Shown: positions 1-10,574, counted from the first letter of the whole stretch. The stretch is 61,923 nt of DNA, filler included, from a candidate division TA06 bacterium SM23_40 (GCA_001303705.1; 4 parts of 4 records of this genome joined end to end with filler, not necessarily neighbours in it); one strand, 5' to 3'. Program-made: numbers and translations. The notes: generated from the letters alone by a model not told the origin.

Positions 1-203
1 TGGAACACACCTATGACCTGCTCGGGGTTCCCTGGATTGTACGAAGAAAATGTCTGCTTCGTACGGACCCGCTCGCCCCCGATCACGATGTCGTATGTCT
101 CCCCGAGACGCGATGCGACGTCGGCGATCGCCCGCTCCATCCGAGCCTTCTCATCCGGAGCGGAGAAATCGAGATAGGTCTCGTTTGTGAATTCGCCTCT
201 CAT
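1..203 (-). CDS. pruA: 1-pyrroline-5-carboxylate (glutamate-gamma-semialdehyde) dehydrogenase, N-terminal part, runs off window edge
   Basis: Manual translation MRGEFTNETYLDFSAPDEKARMERAIADVASRLGETYDIVIGGERVRTKQTFSSYNPGNPEQVIGVF resembles the RocA/PruA N-terminus; GAGGAG RBS at 211-216. Confidence 0.8.
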   Translation of the reverse strand, partial: MRGEFTNETYLDFSAPDEKARMERAIADVASRLGETYDIVIGGERVRTKQTFSSYNPGNPEQVIGVF

Positions 204-673
204 CAGAGATCTCCTCATAGTGTGCAGTTCGTGGGCCGAAAAAGATGCGCGCCCTCCCTGGACGTCAGCCCCAAAATGTTGTGAATAAAATCACATGCCT
301 CAACATCAAAAAAACCGCCTATAGGCGCCATCTTCGTTCGGATTCGGGCTGTCCGACCGCTGTCAACTCAATGCCTATAGTCGGGGACCGACGTGTGCAT
401 GGGGCGAAAAAAATCAGGCGGACCTGACCCCGCCGTATCTCACGGAAGACTAATCGTCGGCACCCGTAAGAGGACGTTCTTTGGGGAGTTAACTATGACG
501 ATATCGCTTCTCGCTCTTATCCTAACCGGTCATCTGCCAGTTGTCAAGCGAAATCTGGCCTTTTTCGTCCGTGCCACCAGGCACGTAAGACCTTATAGAT
601 TAGGAAGTTAGCGGAGATGACGAGGGGGCTGATCTGGATGGCCCGGCACCGATGCCCGGTGCTAGAGAAAAGG

Positions 674-702
674 TTGACATCCGCCCGGCACCCCTCTATC
701 GT
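674..702 (+). promoter_or_regulatory. putative sigma70 promoter upstream of the GNAT gene
   Basis: TTGACA (674-679), 17-nt spacer, TATCGT (697-702). Confidence 0.45.
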
Positions 703-876
703 CAAGATGAGATCGGGGAAGCGGTTGAGCCGGAACAACAAGATGAGACAGGAGATGGCGAAGACGGCCGTCGCTTCATTCGCGCGTTCAAGAATGCCGG
801 ATGCGAATACCTGCGAATCTGTTCGGAGCTGACGTGCAGGATCGGCCCGAGCAGATGTTCACTGTGAGGTATCGAG

Positions 877-1461
877 ATGCAGATCGAGATCAGAGAGGCC
901 GGGCCGGATGAACTGCGGCAGTACGCAGCAATCCCGATCGCGTTCGAGGTCGAATCCATACTTCGCGTCGAACTCCTCGATCGAGGATTGGGCGGGATCG
1001 CCCTGCGCGAAGAGCACCTCGACACACCGTACACGAAAGACTACGACAGCTATGAAGACGCGGGCCCTGAACGATGGCAGACACGATTCGAGATTCGCAA
1101 CTGGGGGATCTTCATCGCCGTCTATGGAGGCCGCAACGTAGGGGGTGCAGCCGTGGCATTTGACATACCCGGCGTGCACATGCTGGAGGGGCGGCACGAT
1201 CTCGCGGTACTCTGGGATCTACGGGTCGCTGCGGATCTTCGGCGCAACAATATCGGGACGAGGCTCTTCCAGCATGCCGTCAATTGGTGCCGTGCCAGAG
1301 GGTGTACGCACCTGAAGATCGAAACACAGAACATCAACGTTCCGGCCTGCCGATTCTATGCCAAGCAAGGGTGCCGCCTGGGACAGATCCACCGCTACGC
1401 CTATGTCGGCCACCCGCAACTCAAGAACGAGGTGATGCTCATCTGGTACCTCGACCTGTGA
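877..1461 (+). CDS. GNAT N-acetyltransferase, streptothricin acetyltransferase-like
   Basis: LWDLRVAADLRRNNIGTRL acetyl-CoA motif; IETQNINVPACRFYAKQG. Confidence 0.85.
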   Translation: MQIEIREAGPDELRQYAAIPIAFEVESILRVELLDRGLGGIALREEHLDTPYTKDYDSYEDAGPERWQTRFEIRNWGIFIAVYGGRNVGGAAVAFDIPGVHMLEGRHDLAVLWDLRVAADLRRNNIGTRLFQHAVNWCRARGCTHLKIETQNINVPACRFYAKQGCRLGQIHRYAYVGHPQLKNEVMLIWYLDL

Positions 1462-1604
1462 TAGAACGAAAGACGCCGGGGGCTCTCCTGTCCGGAGGAA
1501 AGCCCTCGGCGTGTCTGGCCCGCCTGTGCTGTGTGAGGCTTCGCTGGCTTCACTGCACCACGAGAGGATGTTCACACCCGACCCCTTGACAGGGGCCTCA
1601 TGTA

Positions 1605-2909
1605 TCACTTCTTTTCCTGTTCCAATCTCTTGAGCTCCTTGGCGAGCTCCTGTAGTTTCTGCTCCAGGCGCCTGATCTCGACCCTCAAGTCTACGTCCAG
1701 CTTCCTCTCAGCCTCGTGCAGTTTCCCCTCAGCCTCCTTCAGCTTCTCTGCACCGGCCCTGAGTTGCTCACGCCACTCTTTGTCGTACAGCGAGAGCACA
1801 TCCGGCCATTCCTGAAGACTGACAGCCTTCTCCGCCCGGCTGGTGACATTGACTCTCAGTCTCTTCGTCTCACCGTCACGTTTCACCTCGATCGTGACGC
1901 GCTTTCCTGGCGATGTTCCCATAACCATGCGCCGAAAGTCGCTCGTCGATTCGACTGCCTGGCCGTCATATCCAACGATTACATCGCCCACCTCGAGTCC
2001 TGCCTCTTCTGCCGGACTCGACTCGACGACCCGCTTCACGATGATGCCGTTCTCGACGCCGAGCCCCTCCTTCAGCTCCTCATCGAGATCCTGCATGGCA
2101 ATACCGAGCCAGCCGCGCTCAACCCGTCCGTGTGCGATTAGCTCGTCCGCGACTTCAAGCACGTTGTTGATCGGAGTGACGAGGCTCGATACACGAGACG
2201 GCATATTAAGCACCCGCAGCTCGTCTTTCCCGGACTCTCCGCCGAGGCTGAGCGTGAGCGGATCAGAGAGCGATGCATTCAGAATGCCTATTACCTCCCC
2301 GGCACTATTGAAGACAGGACTCCCGCCGCTCCCCGGGCTGACACTGGCGCTCACCTGAAATAGGCCATCGTTCCGCACCGCGTTGACCATGCCGAACGTG
2401 ATCGAAGGTGAGACCCCGAACGAGTTGCCCAGGACGATGATCCAGGAGCCGGCTCGTATCCGGTCGGAGTTGCCGAACACGGCCGGCCTCGGGGAACCTG
2501 ATTCGAGCTTCACGACAGCGATGTCGCTCAGCGGATCGCTGCCGATCACCTCGCCGTCCAGCTCTCGCCCGTCTGAGAGGACGACCTTCACATCTCCTCC
2601 CGTTACCTTGGAGATGCCGCTGGTCGTCAGGATGTAGCCTTCTGCATTCAACACCACGCCAGAGGCGACCGCCCCTGGCCAGGGATGTCCGAAGAAAAGC
2701 AGTTCATGACCCTCGACCACGGGCAAAGGCGGAGCCGTTCTCACCGTCACCACAGACTCTTTGGTCTGTTCGAACAGGTCACTCAGCTCCCGCTCGAGCG
2801 AGGTGAGAAACCGCTCAGCCGCACCCGCCAGGCCGGCGCTGACGAAGATCACGAGAACCGTGGCCGAGAGGAGCCCTCGGGCGGCCTTCCACGCACGTTG
2901 TTCCTTCAT
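1605..2909 (-). CDS. HtrA/DegP-like trypsin-fold protease with PDZ domain and signal peptide
   Basis: SDIAVVK, PGSGGSPVFN (degenerate GNSGG), RGWLGI PDZ; N-terminal signal peptide. Confidence 0.85.
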   Translation of the reverse strand: MKEQRAWKAARGLLSATVLVIFVSAGLAGAAERFLTSLERELSDLFEQTKESVVTVRTAPPLPVVEGHELLFFGHPWPGAVASGVVLNAEGYILTTSGISKVTGGDVKVVLSDGRELDGEVIGSDPLSDIAVVKLESGSPRPAVFGNSDRIRAGSWIIVLGNSFGVSPSITFGMVNAVRNDGLFQVSASVSPGSGGSPVFNSAGEVIGILNASLSDPLTLSLGGESGKDELRVLNMPSRVSSLVTPINNVLEVADELIAHGRVERGWLGIAMQDLDEELKEGLGVENGIIVKRVVESSPAEEAGLEVGDVIVGYDGQAVESTSDFRRMVMGTSPGKRVTIEVKRDGETKRLRVNVTSRAEKAVSLQEWPDVLSLYDKEWREQLRAGAEKLKEAEGKLHEAERKLDVDLRVEIRRLEQKLQELAKELKRLEQEKK

Positions 2910-3007
2910 GGCACATTCTCCCCGCCTCTCAGAAGCGAGCATCCCAAGCCATGGTGCTCACCCCGAGACAGCTCGTCTGCGGGCCCCCTCTGCCCATTCG
3001 ACCTGTT

Positions 3008-3730
3008 CTAGTACGTCGAGATCACATTCCCGCGCTCTGTCGAGACCGCCGGCAGCAGGTAGAAGACGCTGTCGCCCGCTGGCCTCCTCTCCGGTGCGAC
3101 ACGCGGTTCTCCCGCACTGCTGACATCAACAGCCATCACCCCGGAGGGCAGATTGTCGAGCAGGTACACGGTGCGAACCGGCGCGCCGGTTCGGAACGGC
3201 GTCTCCGCGACCCGCGGTGAACCGACCGTCTCCGCTTCGCCCACAGTCACACCCGCGGACGGCGCCAGGGCCTCCGCGGCCTCCTTCTCAACTGACTCTC
3301 CGCGGGCGAGCAACTCGGTCGCGGGAGCTTCGATCGGCGGCATCGACTCGGCCACCGGAGGAAGGCTATCTGCGCTCCGCATCCAATTCGACCACCAGAC
3401 CGCACCTCCCACCAGTATCACCAATGAGGCCGCCACGACAAGCGCGGCCAACCTCCACGAAGGGACGGCCTGGGGCCTCGGGATAGGTATCTCGACTATA
3501 TCCTCCTGGAGCCTGTGCCTTAGCCGGACCTCGAATCCAGGGGTCGGCTCCAGAGTCTCCATACTCCTGATCTCGCTGACCAGGCGCGTGAGGCTCGCGA
3601 CATGTCGGCGACACCGGCCACATCGATCGAGATGGGCCCGGAATGCCCGCTTCTGATCGACAGGCAGCGTATCGTCGAGATAGTCGCTCACCAACCCTCT
3701 TATTTTGCGGCACGTGAACACCATACACAC
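3008..3730 (-). CDS. zf-HC2 anti-sigma factor with TM helix
   Basis: Cx...HLDRCGRC zinc motif, TM segment, directly downstream of an ECF sigma. Confidence 0.85.
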   Translation of the reverse strand: MCMVFTCRKIRGLVSDYLDDTLPVDQKRAFRAHLDRCGRCRRHVASLTRLVSEIRSMETLEPTPGFEVRLRHRLQEDIVEIPIPRPQAVPSWRLAALVVAASLVILVGGAVWWSNWMRSADSLPPVAESMPPIEAPATELLARGESVEKEAAEALAPSAGVTVGEAETVGSPRVAETPFRTGAPVRTVYLLDNLPSGVMAVDVSSAGEPRVAPERRPAGDSVFYLLPAVSTERGNVISTY

Positions 3731-3747
3731 TCCTCGAACAGTAGAGA

Positions 3748-4338
3748 CTACTCTGTGGTGCCGTCCAGGTAGGGACGCAACCGCTTCTGCATTTCAGCTC
3801 TCGCCCGGTTCACGCGTGACTTCGCAGTCCCCAGCGGAATCGAAAGAACCTCCCCGATCTGTTCGTAGGAGAGACCCTCGATGTCCCGCAATATGAACGC
3901 CATCCGATATTTGGCGTTCAACGACTCCATGGCGACCAGGATGTGACGGCGTATCTCTGCGCGCGCCAGATCCTCCTGAGGCCCCCGTGCCATCGCGAAA
4001 GACGCCCCCTGCTTCTGCCTGATGCTATCTTCAAATGAGACGAATGACCACCGCTTCCGGCGCCGCAACTCGTCCCTCGCAAGATTGGCGGCAATTGTGT
4101 ATGTCCATGTGGAAAACTTCTTGATGCGATCATGCTCCTGCCGCTTTCGATATATCCGGATGAATGTCTCCTGTAACAGATCCTCTGCCTGATCCGGGTC
4201 ACCGACCATGCGGCAGATGAAGTTGTACAGCTTGACCTTATACCGCTCCACCAGGTGGTCGAACGCGCTCGGATCCCCTTCCCAGGACTCCCGAAAGAGC
4301 TCCTCGTCCGACAAGCCTCTCAGCTCACTACTGGCCAT
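3748..4338 (-). CDS. ECF sigma-70 factor (RpoE/SigW-like)
   Basis: AEDLLQETFIR, FSTWTYTIAAN, GLSYEQIGEVLSIPLGTAKSRVNRAR. Confidence 0.92.
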   Translation of the reverse strand: MASSELRGLSDEELFRESWEGDPSAFDHLVERYKVKLYNFICRMVGDPDQAEDLLQETFIRIYRKRQEHDRIKKFSTWTYTIAANLARDELRRRKRWSFVSFEDSIRQKQGASFAMARGPQEDLARAEIRRHILVAMESLNAKYRMAFILRDIEGLSYEQIGEVLSIPLGTAKSRVNRARAEMQKRLRPYLDGTTE

Positions 4339-4426
4339 TAGCCCAGCTCCTCACCAGGCAGACGCTCCAGGGCCGGGAAAGGTTCCCCCCGAAATCTCCC
4401 CGAAATCTGAGCCTGGATCCGGCCAT

Positions 4427-4906
4427 CTAAGGCCCGAATTGCCCGCATATCGCCCGGATCAGCCCGCTCGTCGATCGGCCGGGGACGGGCTCCACAACCT
4501 CCACACGGCCGCCCGCACCCTCCACCGTCTCGCGGCCCACGATATCCTCGACGCGATAGTCTCCACCCTTGACCAGCACGTCGGGGACGAGAGCGGCAAT
4601 CAGCCTGGCCGGGGTCGTCTCGCCAAAAATCGTGACGTAGTCGACGCACTCGAGCGCCGCAACTATAGATGCTCGCTCATCCTCGGGAATGATAGGCCTG
4701 CCCTCACCCTTGACCCGGGTGACCGAGGCGTCGTCATTCAGGCCGACGACGAGTATATCCCCGAACTGACGAGCCCGGCCGAGATAGTGAACATGTCCGA
4801 GATGGAGCAGGTCGAAACACCCGTTGGTGAAGACAACCGTCTTCCCTTCGTCCCTTGCCCGGTTCCGGATCGGCAGCAATTCGCTCAACGCGATTACTAT
4901 TCCCAC
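4427..4906 (-). CDS. rfaE2: D-glycero-beta-D-manno-heptose 1-phosphate adenylyltransferase
   Basis: VFTNGCFDLLHLGHVHYL, PDVLVKGGDY. Confidence 0.92.
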   Translation of the reverse strand: MGIVIALSELLPIRNRARDEGKTVVFTNGCFDLLHLGHVHYLGRARQFGDILVVGLNDDASVTRVKGEGRPIIPEDERASIVAALECVDYVTIFGETTPARLIAALVPDVLVKGGDYRVEDIVGRETVEGAGGRVEVVEPVPGRSTSGLIRAICGQFGP

Positions 4907-5100
4907 ATCGCATCGCCCCTGTTCGGACCCTGCGTCGCGCACTACCAAACCTCCGGCCTCCTCGGACGGCAGCAGAAAACCGCTACCCCTCAACGCCTGA
5001 CCGGGCACGGCAGCAAAGTGATCTCACGCCCTGGGGCCGCGGCTGTTCGAGACATCGTATTCGTTTCGCCATTCCGGAAGCCGCCTCGGCGTACACCCAG

Positions 5101-6120
5101 TCAATCACCGCCGTCGAGCAGGACCCGAGACAACTCCTGGTACCTGACGGGAACGACGCCGATCTTGCCCACCTCGATTCCCGCGGCATGGTTCGCAATC
5201 GCGGCAGCCTCTTCGATACTCCCGCCGGCAGTGAGCGCGAGAGTAAGTGCGGCCATCGTCGTGTCGCCGGCTCCCGAGACATCGTAGATCTCTCTCGCCA
5301 TCGTGGGAATGACGGTCGCCTCGCCGGTCGCCTGAAACAGCACCATGCCGCGTTCCCCTCGAGTGATGAGCACTGATGCTCCTCCCAACAAGTCGAGAAG
5401 CTGGCTGCCTGCGACGAGAAGATCTTCATCGCTCTCGATCTTGATCCCCAAGACCCGCTCGGTCTCGGCCTGATTCGGCTTGAACAGGTTGACTCCGCGG
5501 TAATCGAAGAAATGATCGAACTTCGGATCTGCCGCGACGATCACGCCGTTCGCTCGCCCGGATTCGATAATGCGGCGAATCACCGAGGCCGTCAGGACTC
5601 CCTTGTCATAGTCCTCGAAGATAACAGCCTCGACACTGCCAAGAGCACCCTCAACGGCGGCAACCAGACGCTTCTGTACTGCCCTCCCGACCCTCGTCGT
5701 CGACTCCCGGTCGACCCTCACCACCTGCTGCTGATGTGCAATGATGCGGGTCTTGACCGTCGTCGCGCGACCGCTCTCGAGGAATATGCCGTCTCTGTCT
5801 ATGCCCGCATCATCAAGCGCGCGGAGCAACCGCTTCCCCTGGGGATCTCTCCCTACGACACCGAAGAGCACCGGTTCAGCACCGAGGCAGACGAGATTCG
5901 CCGCGACGTTTGCTGCACCACCCAATCCCACCGACTCACTCGATACCTCCACGACCGGCACGGGCGCTTCCGGCGAGACCCGGGTGACGTTCCCCCAGAC
6001 GTACTCGTCGAGCATGAGGTCGCCGACAACCGCTATCCGCTTGCCCTTGAAGAGCGACAGGATCTTCCTAGCTCGCCGGCGCGTGATGCCGTTGCCAGGC
6101 AATTGCTTTGCGGTCAGCAT
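5101..6120 (-). CDS. rfaE1: D-glycero-beta-D-manno-heptose-7-phosphate kinase
   Basis: VVGDLMLDEYVWGNVTRVSPEAPVPVV, DVSGAGDT PfkB motif. Confidence 0.93.
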   Translation of the reverse strand: MLTAKQLPGNGITRRRARKILSLFKGKRIAVVGDLMLDEYVWGNVTRVSPEAPVPVVEVSSESVGLGGAANVAANLVCLGAEPVLFGVVGRDPQGKRLLRALDDAGIDRDGIFLESGRATTVKTRIIAHQQQVVRVDRESTTRVGRAVQKRLVAAVEGALGSVEAVIFEDYDKGVLTASVIRRIIESGRANGVIVAADPKFDHFFDYRGVNLFKPNQAETERVLGIKIESDEDLLVAGSQLLDLLGGASVLITRGERGMVLFQATGEATVIPTMAREIYDVSGAGDTTMAALTLALTAGGSIEEAAAIANHAAGIEVGKIGVVPVRYQELSRVLLDGGD

Positions 6121-6916
6121 CTTCCTTTTGTTCGCTCCTTGCCGTACCCGGTTGCCTCACACCAAGATCGGGATAGGCCCAACGCAGAGCGGCCTTCGAG
6201 GACCCGCCAAAACAGCGCGTGAGCATTCCGCCCAGGCCGTGTCTGCGGAACAGCTCATATGTCATCTCTGAGAAGACACGCTCCCGCGGAATGTTCAGTA
6301 CCTCTTCAACGAGCCACCTGGTCGCAGCACGCGCATTCTCCATGCCCTGCTCGCCAGACCAGAAGTGCTTGGGAACGTTCTTGAACTCCCACGGCTGATA
6401 GCGTCCGGGATAGGCATTCTCGATCGCCCGATAACAGGAGCCATGGAAGCACATGGAAAGCATGCCGGAGAGATCGTACTTCGCGAATATCTCGGGAGTC
6501 ACCTCTCGGGGCACCTCCTCGGCCCCGACATTCTCCATCTTGACCATCCAACGAGTCGCCTCGGCGGCGAGCTCCAGCCCGCGAGCTCCTCTCCAGATGC
6601 CCTTGACATTGAACTGCCACGGCTTGTAGTACCCGGGATAGGCATTCTCGATCGCCTTGTATGGCGACCAGCCGAAGCACTTGCCGAGCATCCAGGCAAG
6701 CCCATTCTCGTAGAAGAGCTTCTTGTGCATCCTCACGGGAATCTGATCGGGCGGGATCTTCAGCTTCTGATCAAACAGGTAGCGTGTTACGATCCGTGCT
6801 CGCTTCTTCCCGTCCTGACCGTCGAAGAACTTGTTGGGAAACCGCCTCTCCTCTCCGGCAAGAACCTTCTCATACATCGCCACGACTTCCTGGTGTGAAT
6901 TGATGCCTCCTCTCAT
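6068..6916 (-). CDS. DUF4046-like repeat protein
   Basis: Repeated AIENAYPGxYxPWxFxxKxxWxG units; N-terminal MYEKVLAGEERRFP; start codon uncertain. Confidence 0.65.
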   Translation of the reverse strand: MRGGINSHQEVVAMYEKVLAGEERRFPNKFFDGQDGKKRARIVTRYLFDQKLKIPPDQIPVRMHKKLFYENGLAWMLGKCFGWSPYKAIENAYPGYYKPWQFNVKGIWRGARGLELAAEATRWMVKMENVGAEEVPREVTPEIFAKYDLSGMLSMCFHGSCYRAIENAYPGRYQPWEFKNVPKHFWSGEQGMENARAATRWLVEEVLNIPRERVFSEMTYELFRRHGLGGMLTRCFGGSSKAALRWAYPDLGVRQPGTARSEQKEDADRKAIAWQRHHAPAS

Positions 6917-7120
6917 CTCGACATCCTCCGGCGATAGGTTGAGCCAGCCTCGTTCAGGATGACACTCGATTCGACGGTGCCGCCCCTCACATCTGCTCCA
7001 ATCCATCCCGTCGGTGACCACCGATCAGATGTGATCGTGTGGCGCATAGCAACCATTCTCCAACTCCCTCCCCCACTCTGCATTGACAGCCCCGGTGGGG
7101 AGGTCGCCTGCTCCGACCCG

Positions 7121-8302
7121 CTATGCAGGAACGACCGTTCGAAGCAGACGAAAGACGCGGTTGACCATCGGCGGCCTGTCTATGGAGATCGCACCCTGCG
7201 GACACATCTCTTGGCAGCAGAAGCACCGGATACAGACACTGAGGTCGGTATCGGGCCTCCCGTTCGTAAGGACGATGGCCCCCGCAGCGCAGGCCTCTAC
7301 ACAGGTTCCGCACCCGTCGCACCGCTCTGGCGCGAGCACCGGCCTGGGCCGAAGCAGGCGTTTGATGACCGCCTTCACCTCGGCGGGCATGGACTCCGTG
7401 ATCAGCCACAGACGCGGCACGGCGAAGTCACTCACCCCAACCCTGTGGAGAGGTGCGCCGACGAGATCCAGTTCCTCGAGACTGCGTAGCCCCAGACCCC
7501 GTGCTATCGCAGCCCGCGTCGTCGTCACCTCCATCGGCGGTATGCCGACCACAGCGGCCGCCACCATATCAACGCTAAGACTTGAGGTGCCGGCGATGAG
7601 GACACCCAACCACCGGGGATCGCCGCCACCCGGTCCATTTCCCTCCATACCGACAATCCCATCCATGACGGTAAGACCTGGAGCTGTGAGCATCCAGATA
7701 TCGACCAACATCTCGCTGAAGTCGGAGCGGTCCGGCCATCGCAGATGGTACTGCGCCTTCTCTCTCCCGGGGACCGCTCCGAACATGTTCTTAACGCCGC
7801 CAGTAAGCAGCGTAAGGCCGTGAGTCTTCAGCTTTGGCAGATTGATGATGAGGTCGGCGGAGAGAATCGCATGGAGTAACCGTGCCCGACTGATAGCCTT
7901 CCCGCCCGGGACAGGTTGTTCCACGAGCTCCACGTCACAGGAGAGAGCAGCCCCGGATTCACGGGAGGCTGTCTCCATGCCTGTCGATCGGTACACGGAC
8001 TGGAGCTCGGCTGTCGAAAACGGTCCAGATGGGCTGTCTGCGATGATCGGATGTGCGCCCAGCTCGGCCACGTGTCTTGCCACGGCGCAAACGAGTGCGG
8101 GGTGCGTCGTCACCGCGGCCTGCGGCTCCCGTCCCGCCAGGAGATTCGGCTTGATGACGACGCGCATGTCAGGGCGGACGTAATGGTCCAGTCCTCCCAG
8201 CAGGCGAAAGGCGCGTGCCACTCCATCGTCAACGTGCTGTGGAGCGTAATCTTCACAGCAGACTACAGCGACCCGCTCATCGGTAGCGGGCATGGCGTCC
8301 AC
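7121..8302 (-). CDS. DUF362 domain protein with C-terminal 2x[4Fe-4S] ferredoxin
   Basis: VVIKPNLL, INLPKLKTH, GMEGNGP, CxxCxxCxxxC x2. Confidence 0.9.
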   Translation of the reverse strand: MDAMPATDERVAVVCCEDYAPQHVDDGVARAFRLLGGLDHYVRPDMRVVIKPNLLAGREPQAAVTTHPALVCAVARHVAELGAHPIIADSPSGPFSTAELQSVYRSTGMETASRESGAALSCDVELVEQPVPGGKAISRARLLHAILSADLIINLPKLKTHGLTLLTGGVKNMFGAVPGREKAQYHLRWPDRSDFSEMLVDIWMLTAPGLTVMDGIVGMEGNGPGGGDPRWLGVLIAGTSSLSVDMVAAAVVGIPPMEVTTTRAAIARGLGLRSLEELDLVGAPLHRVGVSDFAVPRLWLITESMPAEVKAVIKRLLRPRPVLAPERCDGCGTCVEACAAGAIVLTNGRPDTDLSVCIRCFCCQEMCPQGAISIDRPPMVNRVFRLLRTVVPA

Positions 8303-8333
8303 CCCTCTCCGGATGACCGATGTCCGTATGATT

Positions 8334-10049
8334 TTACTCGGGGGAACCGAGCATTCGGAGCTTCTTGCTTACTTCCCTGTTGTCCGGATCAAGCTCCAGA
8401 GATCGTTCCCAATGTCTCCGGGCACCCTCGAGTGAGCCCCCTGCATAGTAGGCGTCGCCAAGGTGATCGTGAACGGCTGCATCCTCGACGAGCTGGGCCG
8501 CCCGCTCTAGCTCGGCCACTGCCTCCTCCAGCCTCCCCTGCCGGAAATAGGCCCACCCGAGACTATCGATGTAGAATCCGTTGTCGGGATCGAGCGCAAG
8601 CGCCTTCTCAATAAGCTGGACAGACTCTCGTAAATTGATGCCACGCTCCGCGTACGAGTATCCGATGTAATTGTAGGCCGATGCCATGTCCGGATCAAGC
8701 TCGATCACGCGCCTGAAGGCCGAAACGGCATCCTCGACTCGCCCCAACCTGTCGTACAGTGTGCCCAGGTCGTACCAGATCTCAGCGTCATCGGGTCTCG
8801 ACTTGAGTCCTGCGCGATATGCCCGCAGCCCATCACTGAGTCTGCCCATTCTGACATAGGCGACACCGAGAACATGATTCAGGTATCCCTCGTCACCTCC
8901 GAGAGCGAGCGCTCGGCGAAACGAGGCTGCGGCCTGGCCATACTCCTCTCGCTGAAGACTGACAAACCCAAGGTACGTCCAGGCATCGATGTGGCCCGGA
9001 TCGAGCTCGACGACCTTCTGCAGCTCCTGTTCTGCCCGATCGTCGAGTCCGCGAGCATAGTAGAGCCTCGCTACATAGTAGCGGGCCTCGGCATCCTCGG
9101 GCGATATCCCCAGGATGATGAGGAACTCCCGCAGCGCCTCGTCAAACAGGCCCTTCTGATAGAACGCATAGCCTGCTTTCCGGTGAGCTCCCACATCAAT
9201 GGGATCGGCGGCAATGAGCACCCCACAGTGATGGAGGGCAGCATCATAGTCCTGGAGCCGGATGGCAACGTTCGCCAGCCTCCGATGGAGGTGCCTCTGA
9301 TGCGGAAAGAGATCCACTGCCCTTTCGTAGACGTCGCGCGCCTCCGAGAAATCCTCGAGCTCTTCCCAGGCAAGGCCCAGGCGGATGTATGCGCTCGGTT
9401 CGAGCGAGTCGAGTTCGATCGCTGCTTGATAGTAATCGATGGCCTCATCGAATCTCCCCAGCCGCTCGAGCATGAGACCCTGCTTCAGCAACGGGCGCGG
9501 CGATCCGGGATCGAGCTCAGCCGCCCTCCTGAAGGAACCGAGTGCGCCCTCGAAATCGGCCATTGCCTCCAGGAGAGAACCGAGCAGGAGGTAGTTCTCT
9601 GCATCGTCAGGCTCGAGGTCGACCACCCGGAGATACGCTCGCACCGCGTACGGAATATCCCCGGTCTCAAAAGCAATAGTACTGAGGAGCGCGTGCATTT
9701 CCGAATCGAGCGGATCGAGGTCAACTGCTTTCGCCGCGGCGCGGCGGGCTAACGTGAATTCACCAACGATAAAGTACCCGCGCGCCAGCTCGCGCTGCAC
9801 CTCCGCCGATCCAGGATCGACGCGGGCTGCGGCCTCGAACTTCTTCAACGCCTCCTCCACCCTTCCCTCTTCGCGCAGCACCACCCCCTCAGTGAAGTAG
9901 CGGTATGCATCCGCCTGCCGCCTCCCGCCCAGCTCCGGAAGAGAGGCGCATCCGCTCCAGATCGCCGCCGCCAGGATGAGCCCCCCCACTCGCAACCCGA
10001 CAGCCAGGCTTCTGTGCCGACAGAACCAGATAGAGTATGGAATCGCCAT
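8334..10049 (-). CDS. TPR-repeat lipoprotein
   Basis: Lipobox-like WSGC; many TPRs; NYIGYSYAERG...YIDSLGWAYF. Confidence 0.88.
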   Translation of the reverse strand: MAIPYSIWFCRHRSLAVGLRVGGLILAAAIWSGCASLPELGGRRQADAYRYFTEGVVLREEGRVEEALKKFEAAARVDPGSAEVQRELARGYFIVGEFTLARRAAAKAVDLDPLDSEMHALLSTIAFETGDIPYAVRAYLRVVDLEPDDAENYLLLGSLLEAMADFEGALGSFRRAAELDPGSPRPLLKQGLMLERLGRFDEAIDYYQAAIELDSLEPSAYIRLGLAWEELEDFSEARDVYERAVDLFPHQRHLHRRLANVAIRLQDYDAALHHCGVLIAADPIDVGAHRKAGYAFYQKGLFDEALREFLIILGISPEDAEARYYVARLYYARGLDDRAEQELQKVVELDPGHIDAWTYLGFVSLQREEYGQAAASFRRALALGGDEGYLNHVLGVAYVRMGRLSDGLRAYRAGLKSRPDDAEIWYDLGTLYDRLGRVEDAVSAFRRVIELDPDMASAYNYIGYSYAERGINLRESVQLIEKALALDPDNGFYIDSLGWAYFRQGRLEEAVAELERAAQLVEDAAVHDHLGDAYYAGGSLEGARRHWERSLELDPDNREVSKKLRMLGSPE

Positions 10050-10130
10050 CTAGTAGAAACAACCTCCCCAGACCGCTATTCGAATCGGACGGAGGAGGCT
10101 TCCTCTCAGAATAAAGTTCGCTCTGTTGCC

Positions 10131-10574
10131 CTATCCTCTCTCCGTGCTCCTCTGACGCGCTTTTTCTTTCGCGTTCTTGGCCGACAGTTGCTGCTCGACA
10201 TACGTATCAATCTTCGCCCGATCGGTAGAGCGCAGATTCATGAATGACAGGGCACATCTGTACTCTTCTTGCCCTGGCCGCGGTTCCTCAGGTTCAGTCC
10301 TGACGACGATCGCCTCACACCTGATCACTTCTGTCTTCTTCCGACCCCTGCGTGTTCGGATCGGAATCAACATTGTGACTCCCAGCTTTGTCAGAGGTGC
10401 GACGTAGGTCGAAACTCGGCAATAGGCACCGCCAGAGCTGATATTGCACGTCTGGGTCATCAGAGCGCCCTCAGCGAGTTCTTCCTCGATGCCCCCCATC
10501 TTGACCGGGACTTCGACAGCAGCCCGCCGATGGGCCCGACGATCACGGATAGGCTTTGATCCCCGCTGACTCAT
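10131..10574 (-). CDS. PilZ domain protein
   Basis: DRRAHRR (RxxxR) and NISSGG (D/NxSxxG) motifs. Confidence 0.8.
   Translation of the reverse strand: MSQRGSKPIRDRRAHRRAAVEVPVKMGGIEEELAEGALMTQTCNISSGGAYCRVSTYVAPLTKLGVTMLIPIRTRRGRKKTEVIRCEAIVVRTEPEEPRPGQEEYRCALSFMNLRSTDRAKIDTYVEQQLSAKNAKEKARQRSTERG

Noticed and set aside
204-876. Short ORFs and a 12-bp palindrome (316-327) in the pruA-GNAT divergent region
   Set aside because: ORFs lack motifs; the palindrome is too short to support a call on its own
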